Shown piece by piece: positions 19,691 to 28,523 of a stretch of DNA of 64,000 nt; the first letter of the stretch is position 1; the number at the start of each line of letters is the position of its first letter. The notes beneath the pieces were generated by a model. The model worked only from the letters and a program-made list of their open reading frames with translations. It ran no database searches and was not told the DNA's origin. Source of the stretch: an uncultured Bacilli bacterium (GTDB lineage: Bacteria; Bacillota_I; Bacilli_A; RF39; UBA660); the NCBI GenBank assembly GCA_934096125.1, contig CAKOLB010000002.1:41293-105292 (forward strand), in the 5' to 3' direction. The position numbers and the translations under genes are program-made.

Positions 19691-20135
19691 GATGCTCCTT
19701 TCTTAGATACACTATAATAATTAAAATAACTCCAAGCACTAAAGAGATATCAGCAATGTTAAAGATGGGAAACTCATATGAACCAATATTTACTTTGAAA
19801 TAATCAATAACATAGCCAAATCTTATTCTATCGAGTAAATTACCAAATAAGCCTCCATAAATAAGGCCGAAAGCATATGGTGATATTTTATCAGAAAATT
19901 CTTTTTGGTAAAACAATAAAATAAGAAAGGCAATTAAAGAGATAACTATTAAAATAAAGGTGTGATTACTAAGGATGCTCCAAGCTGCTCCAGTGTTATA
20001 TACTTTATTTAAATAAAATACTTTAGGAATAATTTTCTTTAAAGCATTATATGCCATAGTCTTATCTATTATTTGTTTTACGACAAAATCGAGTAAAAAA
20101 ATGCTTAAAGCTATAAATATACTTTTTCTTTTCAT
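19674..20135 (-). CDS. lspA: lipoprotein signal peptidase II
   Basis: 153 aa, 4 TM; FNIADISLVLG motif. Confidence 0.85.
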   Translation of the reverse strand: MKRKSIFIALSIFLLDFVVKQIIDKTMAYNALKKIIPKVFYLNKVYNTGAAWSILSNHTFILIVISLIAFLILLFYQKEFSDKISPYAFGLIYGGLFGNLLDRIRFGYVIDYFKVNIGSYEFPIFNIADISLVLGVILIIIVYLRKEHHEHSK

Positions 20136-20156
20136 GTATTTATATTACCATAACTT

Positions 20157-20378
20157 TTATTTATTTACCAGTATACAGTCAGTGCCAATCTTTGTTATAT
20201 CACTGTAGGCAAAAGTAATTTCGCTGCTACTAAGCATTTTACGAAATATTTTTTTATTCTCGGCGATAAATTTAACTACTTTTCCATCATGACTTACCTC
20301 TACATCAACAATTTTACCAAGATTTTGCCCAGTTGTTACACTTATTATATCTTTTGTTTGCATTTCGCTTAAATACAT
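20157..20378 (-). CDS. ylmC: YlmC/YmxH-family PRC-barrel sporulation protein
   Basis: 73 aa; MYLSEMQTKDIISVTTGQNLGKIVDVEV...ITKIGTDCILV resembles YlmC/YmxH. Confidence 0.65.
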   Translation of the reverse strand: MYLSEMQTKDIISVTTGQNLGKIVDVEVSHDGKVVKFIAENKKIFRKMLSSSEITFAYSDITKIGTDCILVNK

Positions 20379-20486
20379 GTTATCACCATTAAATTATATG
20401 ATTAGTCATCTTACTTTACTTATACAGAAAAATTTTAAGCAAGAAATAAGTAAGATTTAAGCAAGATAATTTTTTAGTTATCTTGC

Positions 20487-21089
20487 TTATTGTTGAAATT
20501 TTTCGATTGTATCTAGGATTTTGTATATACTGGTATGGGGATTAAAGCTTAATAAATCTTCTTTATCTTTAATAATTCTTTCTTCAAGAGCTTTAGCTAT
20601 ATCTCTGGCACTATCTACATGACAACTAATTATTTTATACATGTCCATACCCTCAGTATACACACCATTTAAATTTTGTAATTCTCTTTTTACGTCTTTG
20701 CTCGATTGAAACTTTAATTTATTGCTACGATAATGCATTATATACCATATTTCAAAAGTTGGTGCAGAAGTAATTATTTCTATACTATTATCAATACACT
20801 TTTGTTTTATCTCTCTTATTTCTCTTATTCGTTTTTCATCTAAATCCGTATCTATTACAAGAAATATTTGGCATGTATCTTCTGATTTTATATCCTCATT
20901 ATCGATATATTTTAGTAAATCATTTAACATGCCTTTAGGGTCAGTGCTATTGCCTGTTGAAAATTGTATTCTAAGACTCCGACTACTATAATTACGAAAA
21001 TAGTAATATTCTGAAGATTTTTTTCCACCTTCCGAACAAATTACAATTAATGGTTTCTTCGCACTTTTCCTTAAGCTTCTTCTAGCCAT
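20487..21089 (-). CDS. RloB-like (Toprim/OLD-like) protein, AbiLii-like partner of the upstream ATPase
   Basis: LIVICSEGGKKSSEYYYF (cf. CEGEKTE-YF), FLVIDTDLD (DxD), APTFEIWYIMHY (cf. SNPCFE.WLLLHF). Confidence 0.7.
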   Translation of the reverse strand: MARRSLRKSAKKPLIVICSEGGKKSSEYYYFRNYSSRSLRIQFSTGNSTDPKGMLNDLLKYIDNEDIKSEDTCQIFLVIDTDLDEKRIREIREIKQKCIDNSIEIITSAPTFEIWYIMHYRSNKLKFQSSKDVKRELQNLNGVYTEGMDMYKIISCHVDSARDIAKALEERIIKDKEDLLSFNPHTSIYKILDTIEKFQQ

Positions 21090-22336
21090 AAATCAGTATC
21101 TTTGATAAATGGAATAGCTCCATAGCGACCATTTATATAACCTTTTTGAATATTTTCATCTTTTCGAACAGAAAACGAATCTAAGGGATATAAGTCTGAA
21201 ACTCCTGTAGATGGATTTTTCTCCGTGAACCATATTTGGTCTCTTCTTAATAGTTCCAAATTGAGTAAATTAGTGGCATGGGTTGTAAATATAAGCTGAC
21301 TGCTTGCTTTATTTATATCTTTGTTATTAAATAATTTAACTATAAATTCTACTAAGGCTGGATGCATACTTTTTTCAAGCTCATCTACTACAATTACTTT
21401 TGTAGTTTCAAATGCTCTTTTTAAAAAGGGAGCAAAAGCAAATAGTACTTTGGTGCCAGATGATTCATCGCTAAGATTAAGTTTATATGTTTGCTTGCTA
21501 TTGTTATCAATTATAACTTCATGTTCTAGCTCTATATTAATATTTTTAACTTTATATGTTCCCCGAGGATTTATAAGTGGAGATGCTAGCATATTAGCTA
21601 CAGTACTATCCATTTCTTTTTCTTCATAATCCACAGTTATATCTTTAATAAGAATATCCGCTTCTTTTAATAGTTTTAACGCAAATTTTTTTAAGTCCTC
21701 ATCGCTACCATATGCTCTTAAATCACTACTAGCAATACTTTCAAATGAATTATAAGTATCTATACTGTTTGCAAACCATAAATAAACATCTTTTGTTTTG
21801 TCGTAGTTCCAAGTAGTTGCAGTTGATAAAAATAGCTTATTTTCCGTATTTTTGATAGCTATTGGTTCTAATTTATTTTTATCACTATTAAATTCATAAT
21901 TATTAGTATTAGTTCTTCTAAAGATATTAGTAGGTTTTTGTGAATAATAAGCGTCAAGGACTTCATCATAAACTTTCTTTGTATCCGCATTAAAGAAATA
22001 ACGATATTTAACTCCATTTATAAGAAATATAAATTCAAATTCACTTGGTTCATTCTTGCTGTTATCATCCAGTAAGAAAGGCTTTACTAAATCAATTTTT
22101 TCTCCAAAAGATATAATATTAGAATTTCTAACCATTAATATGGCGCATGTAAGAGCTTTTAACAAGTTTGATTTACCTGATGCATTTGCTCCATATATTG
22201 CCGCATTTTTAAGTAGTTCAAGATTATTAGTAAACACTATGTTTTCAAGATTTTCATCTCCAAGACCTTTTTCCATGGAAAGTGTTACTTTATTTTTAAA
22301 AGATAAAAAATTTTTAACACTAAATTCTATAAGCAT
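21071..22336 (-). CDS. AAA_15/AAA_21-type ATPase, AbiLi-like (anti-phage/abortive infection ATPase)
   Basis: MLIEFSVKNFLSFKNKVTL... N-terminus, Walker A GANASGKSNLLKAL, C-terminal Walker B region ..VIVVDELEKSMHP..; overlaps the RloB gene by 19 nt. Confidence 0.7.
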   Translation of the reverse strand: MLIEFSVKNFLSFKNKVTLSMEKGLGDENLENIVFTNNLELLKNAAIYGANASGKSNLLKALTCAILMVRNSNIISFGEKIDLVKPFLLDDNSKNEPSEFEFIFLINGVKYRYFFNADTKKVYDEVLDAYYSQKPTNIFRRTNTNNYEFNSDKNKLEPIAIKNTENKLFLSTATTWNYDKTKDVYLWFANSIDTYNSFESIASSDLRAYGSDEDLKKFALKLLKEADILIKDITVDYEEKEMDSTVANMLASPLINPRGTYKVKNINIELEHEVIIDNNSKQTYKLNLSDESSGTKVLFAFAPFLKRAFETTKVIVVDELEKSMHPALVEFIVKLFNNKDINKASSQLIFTTHATNLLNLELLRRDQIWFTEKNPSTGVSDLYPLDSFSVRKDENIQKGYINGRYGAIPFIKDTDLWLEEA

Positions 22337-22453
22337 CTTTATCCCCTCCGGTAATTATTATACACTAAATTAGATAAAAATGTTATTATTTTTTTAATTT
22401 TTGCGTTTTTTTTGCAATTTTCACTAAAATAATTATATTTTTTTAAATTATTT

Positions 22454-23230
22454 TTATTTTATTAATTTTCTTACATTTTCTATAGCATTTTTTTCAATCC
22501 GTGATACTTGGGCTTGGCTTATACATAACTCACTTGCCAGTTCCATTTGGGTTTTCCCAATAATAAATCTTGATACCAAAATATTTCTTTCTCTTTCTTT
22601 AATGTGAAGTAAAGCCTTTCGAAGTGATATAATTGTATCTTTGTCTAAATCTTTATCCTTTTTATCAGCGATTTGGTCAAAAAGATATATGGTATCTCCC
22701 CCATCGTTATAAATTGGTTCAAAGATACTGGCTGGATCTTTTAAAGCATCCAAAGCATAACTAATTGTATATTCATCAATATTTAAACTTTTAGCAATTA
22801 AAGAAGATGTTGGTTCTTTTCCATATTTAGCGGTATATTCATCTTTAAATTTAATTATTGCATAAGCCATTTCCTTAATGCTTCGGCTTACTCTTAAGGC
22901 CATATTATCCCTAATATATCTTTTAACTTCACCAGATATTAAAGGGACTGCATAAGTAGATAGTTTCAAGCCATAAGATAAATCAAAGTTATCAATTGCT
23001 TTAATCAGGCCTATTACACCTACTTGGAATAAATCATCCATGTTTAAACCTTTATGATTAAACTTTCGTAAAACACTTAAAACAAGTTTTAAATTACCAC
23101 TAATAAGTCTTTCTTTCGCATCAATAGAACCATTATGATATTCAACAAATAATTTCTCCATCTCTTTTTGACTTAAAACTTCTATCTCACTTGTATTAAT
23201 ACCTGTTATTTCTACTTTATACTTTGCCAT
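22454..23230 (-). CDS. sigG: sporulation sigma factor of the SigF/SigG family (SigG-like by position upstream of ylmC)
   Basis: 258 aa; DDLFQVGVIGLIKAIDNFDLSYGLKLSTYAVPLISGEVKRYIRDN closely matches the SigF/SigG region 2; HTH at C-terminus. Confidence 0.65.
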   Translation of the reverse strand: MAKYKVEITGINTSEIEVLSQKEMEKLFVEYHNGSIDAKERLISGNLKLVLSVLRKFNHKGLNMDDLFQVGVIGLIKAIDNFDLSYGLKLSTYAVPLISGEVKRYIRDNMALRVSRSIKEMAYAIIKFKDEYTAKYGKEPTSSLIAKSLNIDEYTISYALDALKDPASIFEPIYNDGGDTIYLFDQIADKKDKDLDKDTIISLRKALLHIKERERNILVSRFIIGKTQMELASELCISQAQVSRIEKNAIENVRKLIK

Positions 23231-23602
23231 AAATAAATTCCTTTCTTATTATTTATGGTTTCTTTTCTAGTTATTTATACAAAGAAAGGGCCTTAGTAGA
23301 AATGAATAGTTTCTATTAAGCCGCTTTAAATTTTTGTCGAATTTATATAGAGAATAATTTTTTTAAAATAACGCCATACTTATAGCAATTTCCTTTATAA
23401 AAAATGACTCAGGGCTTCTAAAGTTTCCTGAGTACCACTCGATATAAACTATATCATCATTATTTATAGCTGTCAATATTATCTTGATGATTTATTAAAC
23501 CTCTTTTATAGAATAATATTCAACAAATGATTTCTAAATTTTTTTTACTTAAGATTTTCATCTCACTTGCTTAATACTGGTTATTAATACAAAAAAAGAG
23601 CT

Positions 23603-24163
23603 TTACGCTCTTCCAGAATATTTACCATCTTTAGTAGAGATAATTATTTTTTCTCCCTCATTTATAAATAATGGTACCTTTACTATATAACCTGTTTCAA
23701 TCTTAGCATCTTTACTAGCATTTGTTGCAGTATTACCTTTAACCGCAGGTTCAGTTTCCACTACTTCATATTCTATTTTTTCAGGTAGTGTTATACCTAT
23801 AATTTCTCCCTCATAATAATCAATATCTATTTCTAGACCTTCTTTAATAAAGTTTACATTATTTCCAAGGATAGATGATGGTATTTCCATTTGTTCATAA
23901 GTTTCTCCATTCATAAATACATAATCATCACCCATGCTGTATAGATATGAAGCTTTAACTTTTTCAATACGAGCTTTAGTAATCTTAATATTAGTATTGA
24001 ATGTATCTTCAGTTACAGAACCTGTACGAAGATTTTTTCTTTTTATACGGACAAAAGCAGGACCTTTACCAGGCTTAACGTGTTGAAATTCTACTATAGT
24101 ATATAAATTTCCATCCATGATAATAGTCATACCATTTTTGATATCATTAATGTTAATATCCAT
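23603..24163 (-). CDS. efp: elongation factor P
   Basis: 186 aa; VKPGKGPAFVRIKRKNLRTG... (KPGKG loop). Confidence 0.9.
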   Translation of the reverse strand: MDININDIKNGMTIIMDGNLYTIVEFQHVKPGKGPAFVRIKRKNLRTGSVTEDTFNTNIKITKARIEKVKASYLYSMGDDYVFMNGETYEQMEIPSSILGNNVNFIKEGLEIDIDYYEGEIIGITLPEKIEYEVVETEPAVKGNTATNASKDAKIETGYIVKVPLFINEGEKIIISTKDGKYSGRA

Positions 24164-24181
24164 AACTTTCCCTCTTTTCTA

Positions 24182-24346
24182 TTATTTCTTTTCTTTAAAA
24201 GGTTGTGTCTTTCCACATTTTTTGCAGTATCTATTTATTTCAAGACGTTCAGTAGTATTTTTCTTATTTTTACTAACGGGACGAGCTTCAAAACCACAAG
24301 CAGTACATCTCATAGTAACTTCACTACGATTTTCTTTTTTAGCCAT
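24182..24346 (-). CDS. rpmG: 50S ribosomal protein L33
   Basis: Not in ORF track (54 aa). Minus-strand translation [54 protein letters not shown] with CxxC...CxxC zinc ribbon; RBS GAGGAGG 8 nt upstream. Confidence 0.8.
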   Translation of the reverse strand: MAKKENRSEVTMRCTACGFEARPVSKNKKNTTERLEINRYCKKCGKTQPFKEKK

Positions 24347-24639
24347 AAATATTCCTCCTCACTTAATTCATCTTAATTTATTATACCAAAATTATTTTAC
24401 ATTTCAACTTTTTTACCTTCATTTTATGGCAATCTCATAAAAAAACAATTAATTTTGTGATAAAAGCATAAGTTAATAAATATTTTAATTATGAGCATTT
24501 ATAGAATTTTATGTGGGTATACATATTCTGAAGATATGGCGTATTTCTTAGAAGTTCAGGAAAACCATTTCACACAATCACTTGATTTAAAAATTGGTAC
24601 TCCATATCATGACACTTTCTCTAGATCTTATTTCTTTTT

Positions 24640-24850
24640 TTAAGGAATATTATATTTTCAATTAGACAAGTTAAAGTTGATGATAAATCAAAGGAAATAA
24701 CTACTATTTATAAATTACAAGTATTACTAGATATACATGGAAAAATTGTAACAATTGATCAATTTGGTGCTATGATGTTATATTAGGTGAAGATCTTTTA
24801 AGAAAGCGTGCTGAAAATTCCATAGATAATTTATCTTTAATTAGAAAATA
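24640..24850 (+). mobile_element. degenerate IS transposase fragment (ISAs1/IS4-superfamily middle region), interrupted by stops
   Basis: Plus-frame translation ...SKEITTIYKLQVLLDIHGKIVTIDQFGAMMLY* resembles the conserved E-I-ta-IP-LL-LD-kGaiVTIDAMGcQ block of ISAs1-type transposases; in-frame stops follow. Confidence 0.4.
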
Positions 24851-25422
24851 GTTCTTAATCTAACAAAGTAGATAACTCTATGGAAGCTAATTTAACATTA
24901 AAGAAAAAAAATGACTAGATATATAAGTAATTTCAAAAATATTGAAAATCTTATAGTTCAAGTCATTCCATCATTAAACTAACTTTGCATCAATTTTTAT
25001 GTAATTGCCATCTCTTCATTTACCTTAAGTTATCCCAAAATACTTATTATATTTAGCTTGAAGTATATTTGTATGAAGGAGGAAAACAGCTAGTGTTATA
25101 TTGCATTCATTTTGATATTATTTATCATACAAATGCTATCAATTATGTTATTTATGCTGTCACTTCTTACACTTGCTAGTCGTTTGTTGTTATTTTTTAT
25201 TACTTTTGCTAGTATTTCGCTATCTTTTGTATTACTTATGACAGTAGTTTGCTACTATTTTGATAGCGTTTTACATGCACTTCGGTAACTTTTTGACAGT
25301 ATTTTGCATGCTGTTCAAAGCACCTTGTAAGCAAGTACTTTATTAAGTTTAAGTATTTATCAATTGAATGTATTTGTATTTTTTTACTATCATAACGCTA
25401 TCATATTACTGACATTTGTATG

Positions 25423-26949
25423 CTACACGGCAATCCTAATTGGATTTACTTTAGTTCCTGTGCCGGATGCATAAGTTGTGGAATCCACGAGATTGAAGGA
25501 CGGCCGGACCACATACGCCTTAGACGCACGGTTGCTGTCCACATACCCAGACGCATACACAACGAACACAGGAAACGCATAGTCCGAATACCGGGAAATA
25601 GTCCATTCATAACTACCGCCATTATATAGCCAGTTTTCTTTAATTCCTTTTCGGATGTCTTCTCCATTATACTTCCAACCAGGCAATGACCAATATTTTG
25701 GACTTGCTGCAAAACCATAGTCACTTGCATACATGAGTCCTATTTTTGCACTATAAGTAGTACTAGCATTCGTCGTCATTTCTTTTGAGTACATGTTCTT
25801 TATTCCTGCAGTCGAAGCCATTGACCTATCAGCTCCTCCGACTTGCCATGTTGTTGTGGCAATTTTACCAGCCCAAGTTGTTCCTATTTTATTTATGAAA
25901 TTTTTATTTAAGTTAGTTTTATTAAGTAAACTTGTACTCCAGTCATTTGAACCATCTCCTTGATTTATTGTTGTGTTTGCTTTGTAATTCCAGCTATATT
26001 CCGTACTTGAACTATAATCTCCATCAGCGCCAAGTAAAGTACTGCTTGCAACTGTGGCTTTAATAAGTTTCACTTGTCCACTTTTTACATAGATTATTCG
26101 GTATAGATTATCTGCTGGACATGGACTTGCAGTTGAACCAAAGCATACATAATTGTCGGGATTTGCTCCTGAATATCTGTAAGAGTCATCTTCTGCTCCT
26201 AGTATAAGTGATGCATCATGGTGATAAATACTTGCTGCTTGACCATATTTTGTACTTAGCGTTGTAAGACATGTTGCAAGGTTACTTCCATTTGTGCATC
26301 CGCTTGTTGCTAACGTATATTGTGAATTTTTGCTTATTTGGAGTACACCAGTAAAGCTCTTACCAGCATTACTGGTTTGGTCTCTATCTAAGTTAACTAA
26401 AGTAACTTGCACTTTCCAATTATCTGTTTTATTTGGAGATGCTGATATTTCATAATAATCAGCTATTTTTATTGGGCCAGTATAAGTTGTGATATCAAAG
26501 CCACTTACTCCACCAGAAGTTACATAATTCATCCCATCAAGCTCTGTTACTACTTTATTATTGGGATCAGTAATTGTAAGAAGCAATTCTGCAGAATTGC
26601 TACTAGTTGTGTATATGAAGGGATTGTTAGTAATATTAAAGTAAAGATAATAATGTTCTGTTGCTTCATTTGTAGCATCGTTGGCTGTTAGCAAAGCTGT
26701 TGCTGTAGTACTACCTGTCACATTACCTTTCCCACTTGCAAATGATGTTTGGTCGGCTGTTAGGTTAACCGATGAACCCACACTAAAAGATAAGTTATCC
26801 GTAGACGACGTTTGTACTCTAACGCTACTATTTGACGTAGCACCACCTTGTGCAACAAAATATGCATACGTTGCTCCTCCTACTACAACAAAAAAGCCAA
26901 ATAACGTTATTAACATTAAAATTTTTTCTTTTCTATTGCTTCTTTTCAT
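25423..26949 (-). CDS. TasA/camelysin-like secreted protein with SipW-cognate-type signal peptide (paralog A, 508 aa)
   Basis: N-terminus ...FFVVVGGATYAYFVAQGGATSNSSV matches the SipW-cognate motif (GGTFAYFSD...). ~95% nt identity to 28520-30058 over the 5' ~1 kb. RBS AAAGGAGTG. Confidence 0.65.
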   Translation of the reverse strand: MKRSNRKEKILMLITLFGFFVVVGGATYAYFVAQGGATSNSSVRVQTSSTDNLSFSVGSSVNLTADQTSFASGKGNVTGSTTATALLTANDATNEATEHYYLYFNITNNPFIYTTSSNSAELLLTITDPNNKVVTELDGMNYVTSGGVSGFDITTYTGPIKIADYYEISASPNKTDNWKVQVTLVNLDRDQTSNAGKSFTGVLQISKNSQYTLATSGCTNGSNLATCLTTLSTKYGQAASIYHHDASLILGAEDDSYRYSGANPDNYVCFGSTASPCPADNLYRIIYVKSGQVKLIKATVASSTLLGADGDYSSSTEYSWNYKANTTINQGDGSNDWSTSLLNKTNLNKNFINKIGTTWAGKIATTTWQVGGADRSMASTAGIKNMYSKEMTTNASTTYSAKIGLMYASDYGFAASPKYWSLPGWKYNGEDIRKGIKENWLYNGGSYEWTISRYSDYAFPVFVVYASGYVDSNRASKAYVVRPSFNLVDSTTYASGTGTKVNPIRIAV

Positions 26950-27239
26950 AAATCTACACTCCTTTTAATATTACCAACTTATCTTACTTTTCATTATACC
27001 AGAATTAGAAATAGCTAGTCAATCGTATAAAACTGTGTTAGTTTAAATTTGAAGTGCAACACTTCACCAATTGAAAAAGACACATGAATAACCTATAATA
27101 TCTGACAATTAAACAAGAAAGGAAAAATTATTTATTAGAACAGGTAAAACTAAAACAATGCCGTACACCGCAGAATACGCTCAGAATAACGCTGATTTTA
27201 AAAGAGGTTTATCTAAAGGTGAATACAAACTAAGGGGAA

Positions 27240-27947
27240 ATGAAAAAATGGCTAAGTTCATTGAAAAGAGATAAATGGGCACAAGATGCAATTGTGGGTT
27301 GTATGAAAAATCACGATTATTTTAACCGAGATGGCTTTGAGCCTATCACTACTCCCACAGTTTACCATGCCATAAGATATCACATCATCAATGTAAGACT
27401 AGAAGATACCAGAAGAATGAAATATAAAACAGAATATAAATACCATAAAAATGATCTTCCATCTCATAAACATCATGCTATCGTTCATAAAGACATTGAA
27501 CTATATGATTCAAAATATAAAGCAAATATTGTTATTAGTAAATACTTAAATACTAAGGATCCTTGGATTATTGTTACAAATAAAGATGTTAAGCATGCTA
27601 TTCAAAATTATTCTCATCGTTTTGGCTCTATTGAATGTGTTTTTAAAAATCAAAAAAGCAATGGATTATTTCTAGAAGCAATTAACAACGCAAGTGAGAA
27701 AGCATATAACACAATGTATACCATGGCCTGTACTGTTGCTTTATTTCTAACTATCATTGGTGCTGATTACTCTAAAAATATCAAATGTTATAAAACTGAA
27801 AAGATTGTTACTCATAAAGTGTATAAAAATAAAGGGAAAGTACGGGTTATGTCCTTATTTAGGATTGGTTTAACTTTGTTTCATCGAGCCGTAAATTCAC
27901 TAAAGTATATTCGATTGCCAATAAGATTTATTCTCTATGATATTTAA
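27240..27947 (+). mobile_element. truncated DDE transposase (C-terminal fragment with Y-x2-R-x4-E-x6-K signature), IS remnant
   Basis: ...KDPWIIVTNKDVKHAIQNYSHRFGSIECVFKNQKSNGLFLE... carries the IS4-superfamily C-terminal E/K block. The N-terminal DDE residues are absent, so it is non-functional. Confidence 0.5.
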
Positions 27948-28124
27948 CACTTTTATGACATTTCATATTAACATTTTCAGCAAAATCTTTTTCGCGTGCA
28001 ATAAATTTAGAAATTGCATATTCACAAGTGTAAATATGTGGTTTTTCACCATCTTAAGCATCTAATTAGCAACATAGTGTATCAAAAAAGAGGCAAATCG
28101 TCGAGCACTGGTCGAACTTTTTGC

Positions 28125-28176
28125 CTCTTTTTGGCTCGGTTTCACCGTTGTTTTTTTAAAACTGTCCGTCAATCAG
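28125..28176. repeat. direct repeat copy 1 (~50 bp; copy 2 at 28474-28523)
   Basis: ctttttggctcggtttcaccgttgtttttttaaaactgtccgtcaatcag vs cttttggttagttttcaccgttgtttttttaaaattgtccgttaatcag. Confidence 0.7.
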
Positions 28177-28212
28177 CTAGTTGCCTTATTCCTCTTTTGT
28201 TTATTCCTATAA

Positions 28213-28305
28213 ATGTATATATATCTATATTTTCAATTATATCGTATATATATCTATATTTTCAATTATATCGTATATATATCTATATTTTCAATTATAT
28301 CGCCT
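28213..28305. repeat. tandem repeat, ~3 x 29 bp (gtatatatatctatattttcaattatatc)
   Basis: Three consecutive near-identical units read directly. Confidence 0.75.
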
Positions 28306-28473
28306 TTCTTTATATTTATATCATTTTTAATAGCATATACTACTAAGTACATGTCATCTAGTCTTTTTTTAGTATAATCTACTACTTTTAAACTTTGCAT
28401 TATGTATTATCCTCCTTCTACCAAAAAAAATATGGAATGTAAATTTATAATTTACACACCATATTATACAACG

Positions 28474-28523
28474 TCTTTTGGTTAGTTTTCACCGTTGTTT
28501 TTTTAAAATTGTCCGTTAATCAG
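28474..28523. repeat. direct repeat copy 2, overlapping the 3' end/stop of TasA-like paralog B
   Basis: See 28125-28176. Confidence 0.7.

Noticed and set aside
27240-27947. 235-aa ORF as an intact gene
   Set aside because: Only the C-terminal transposase block is recognisable; N-terminal catalytic region absent, so a remnant.
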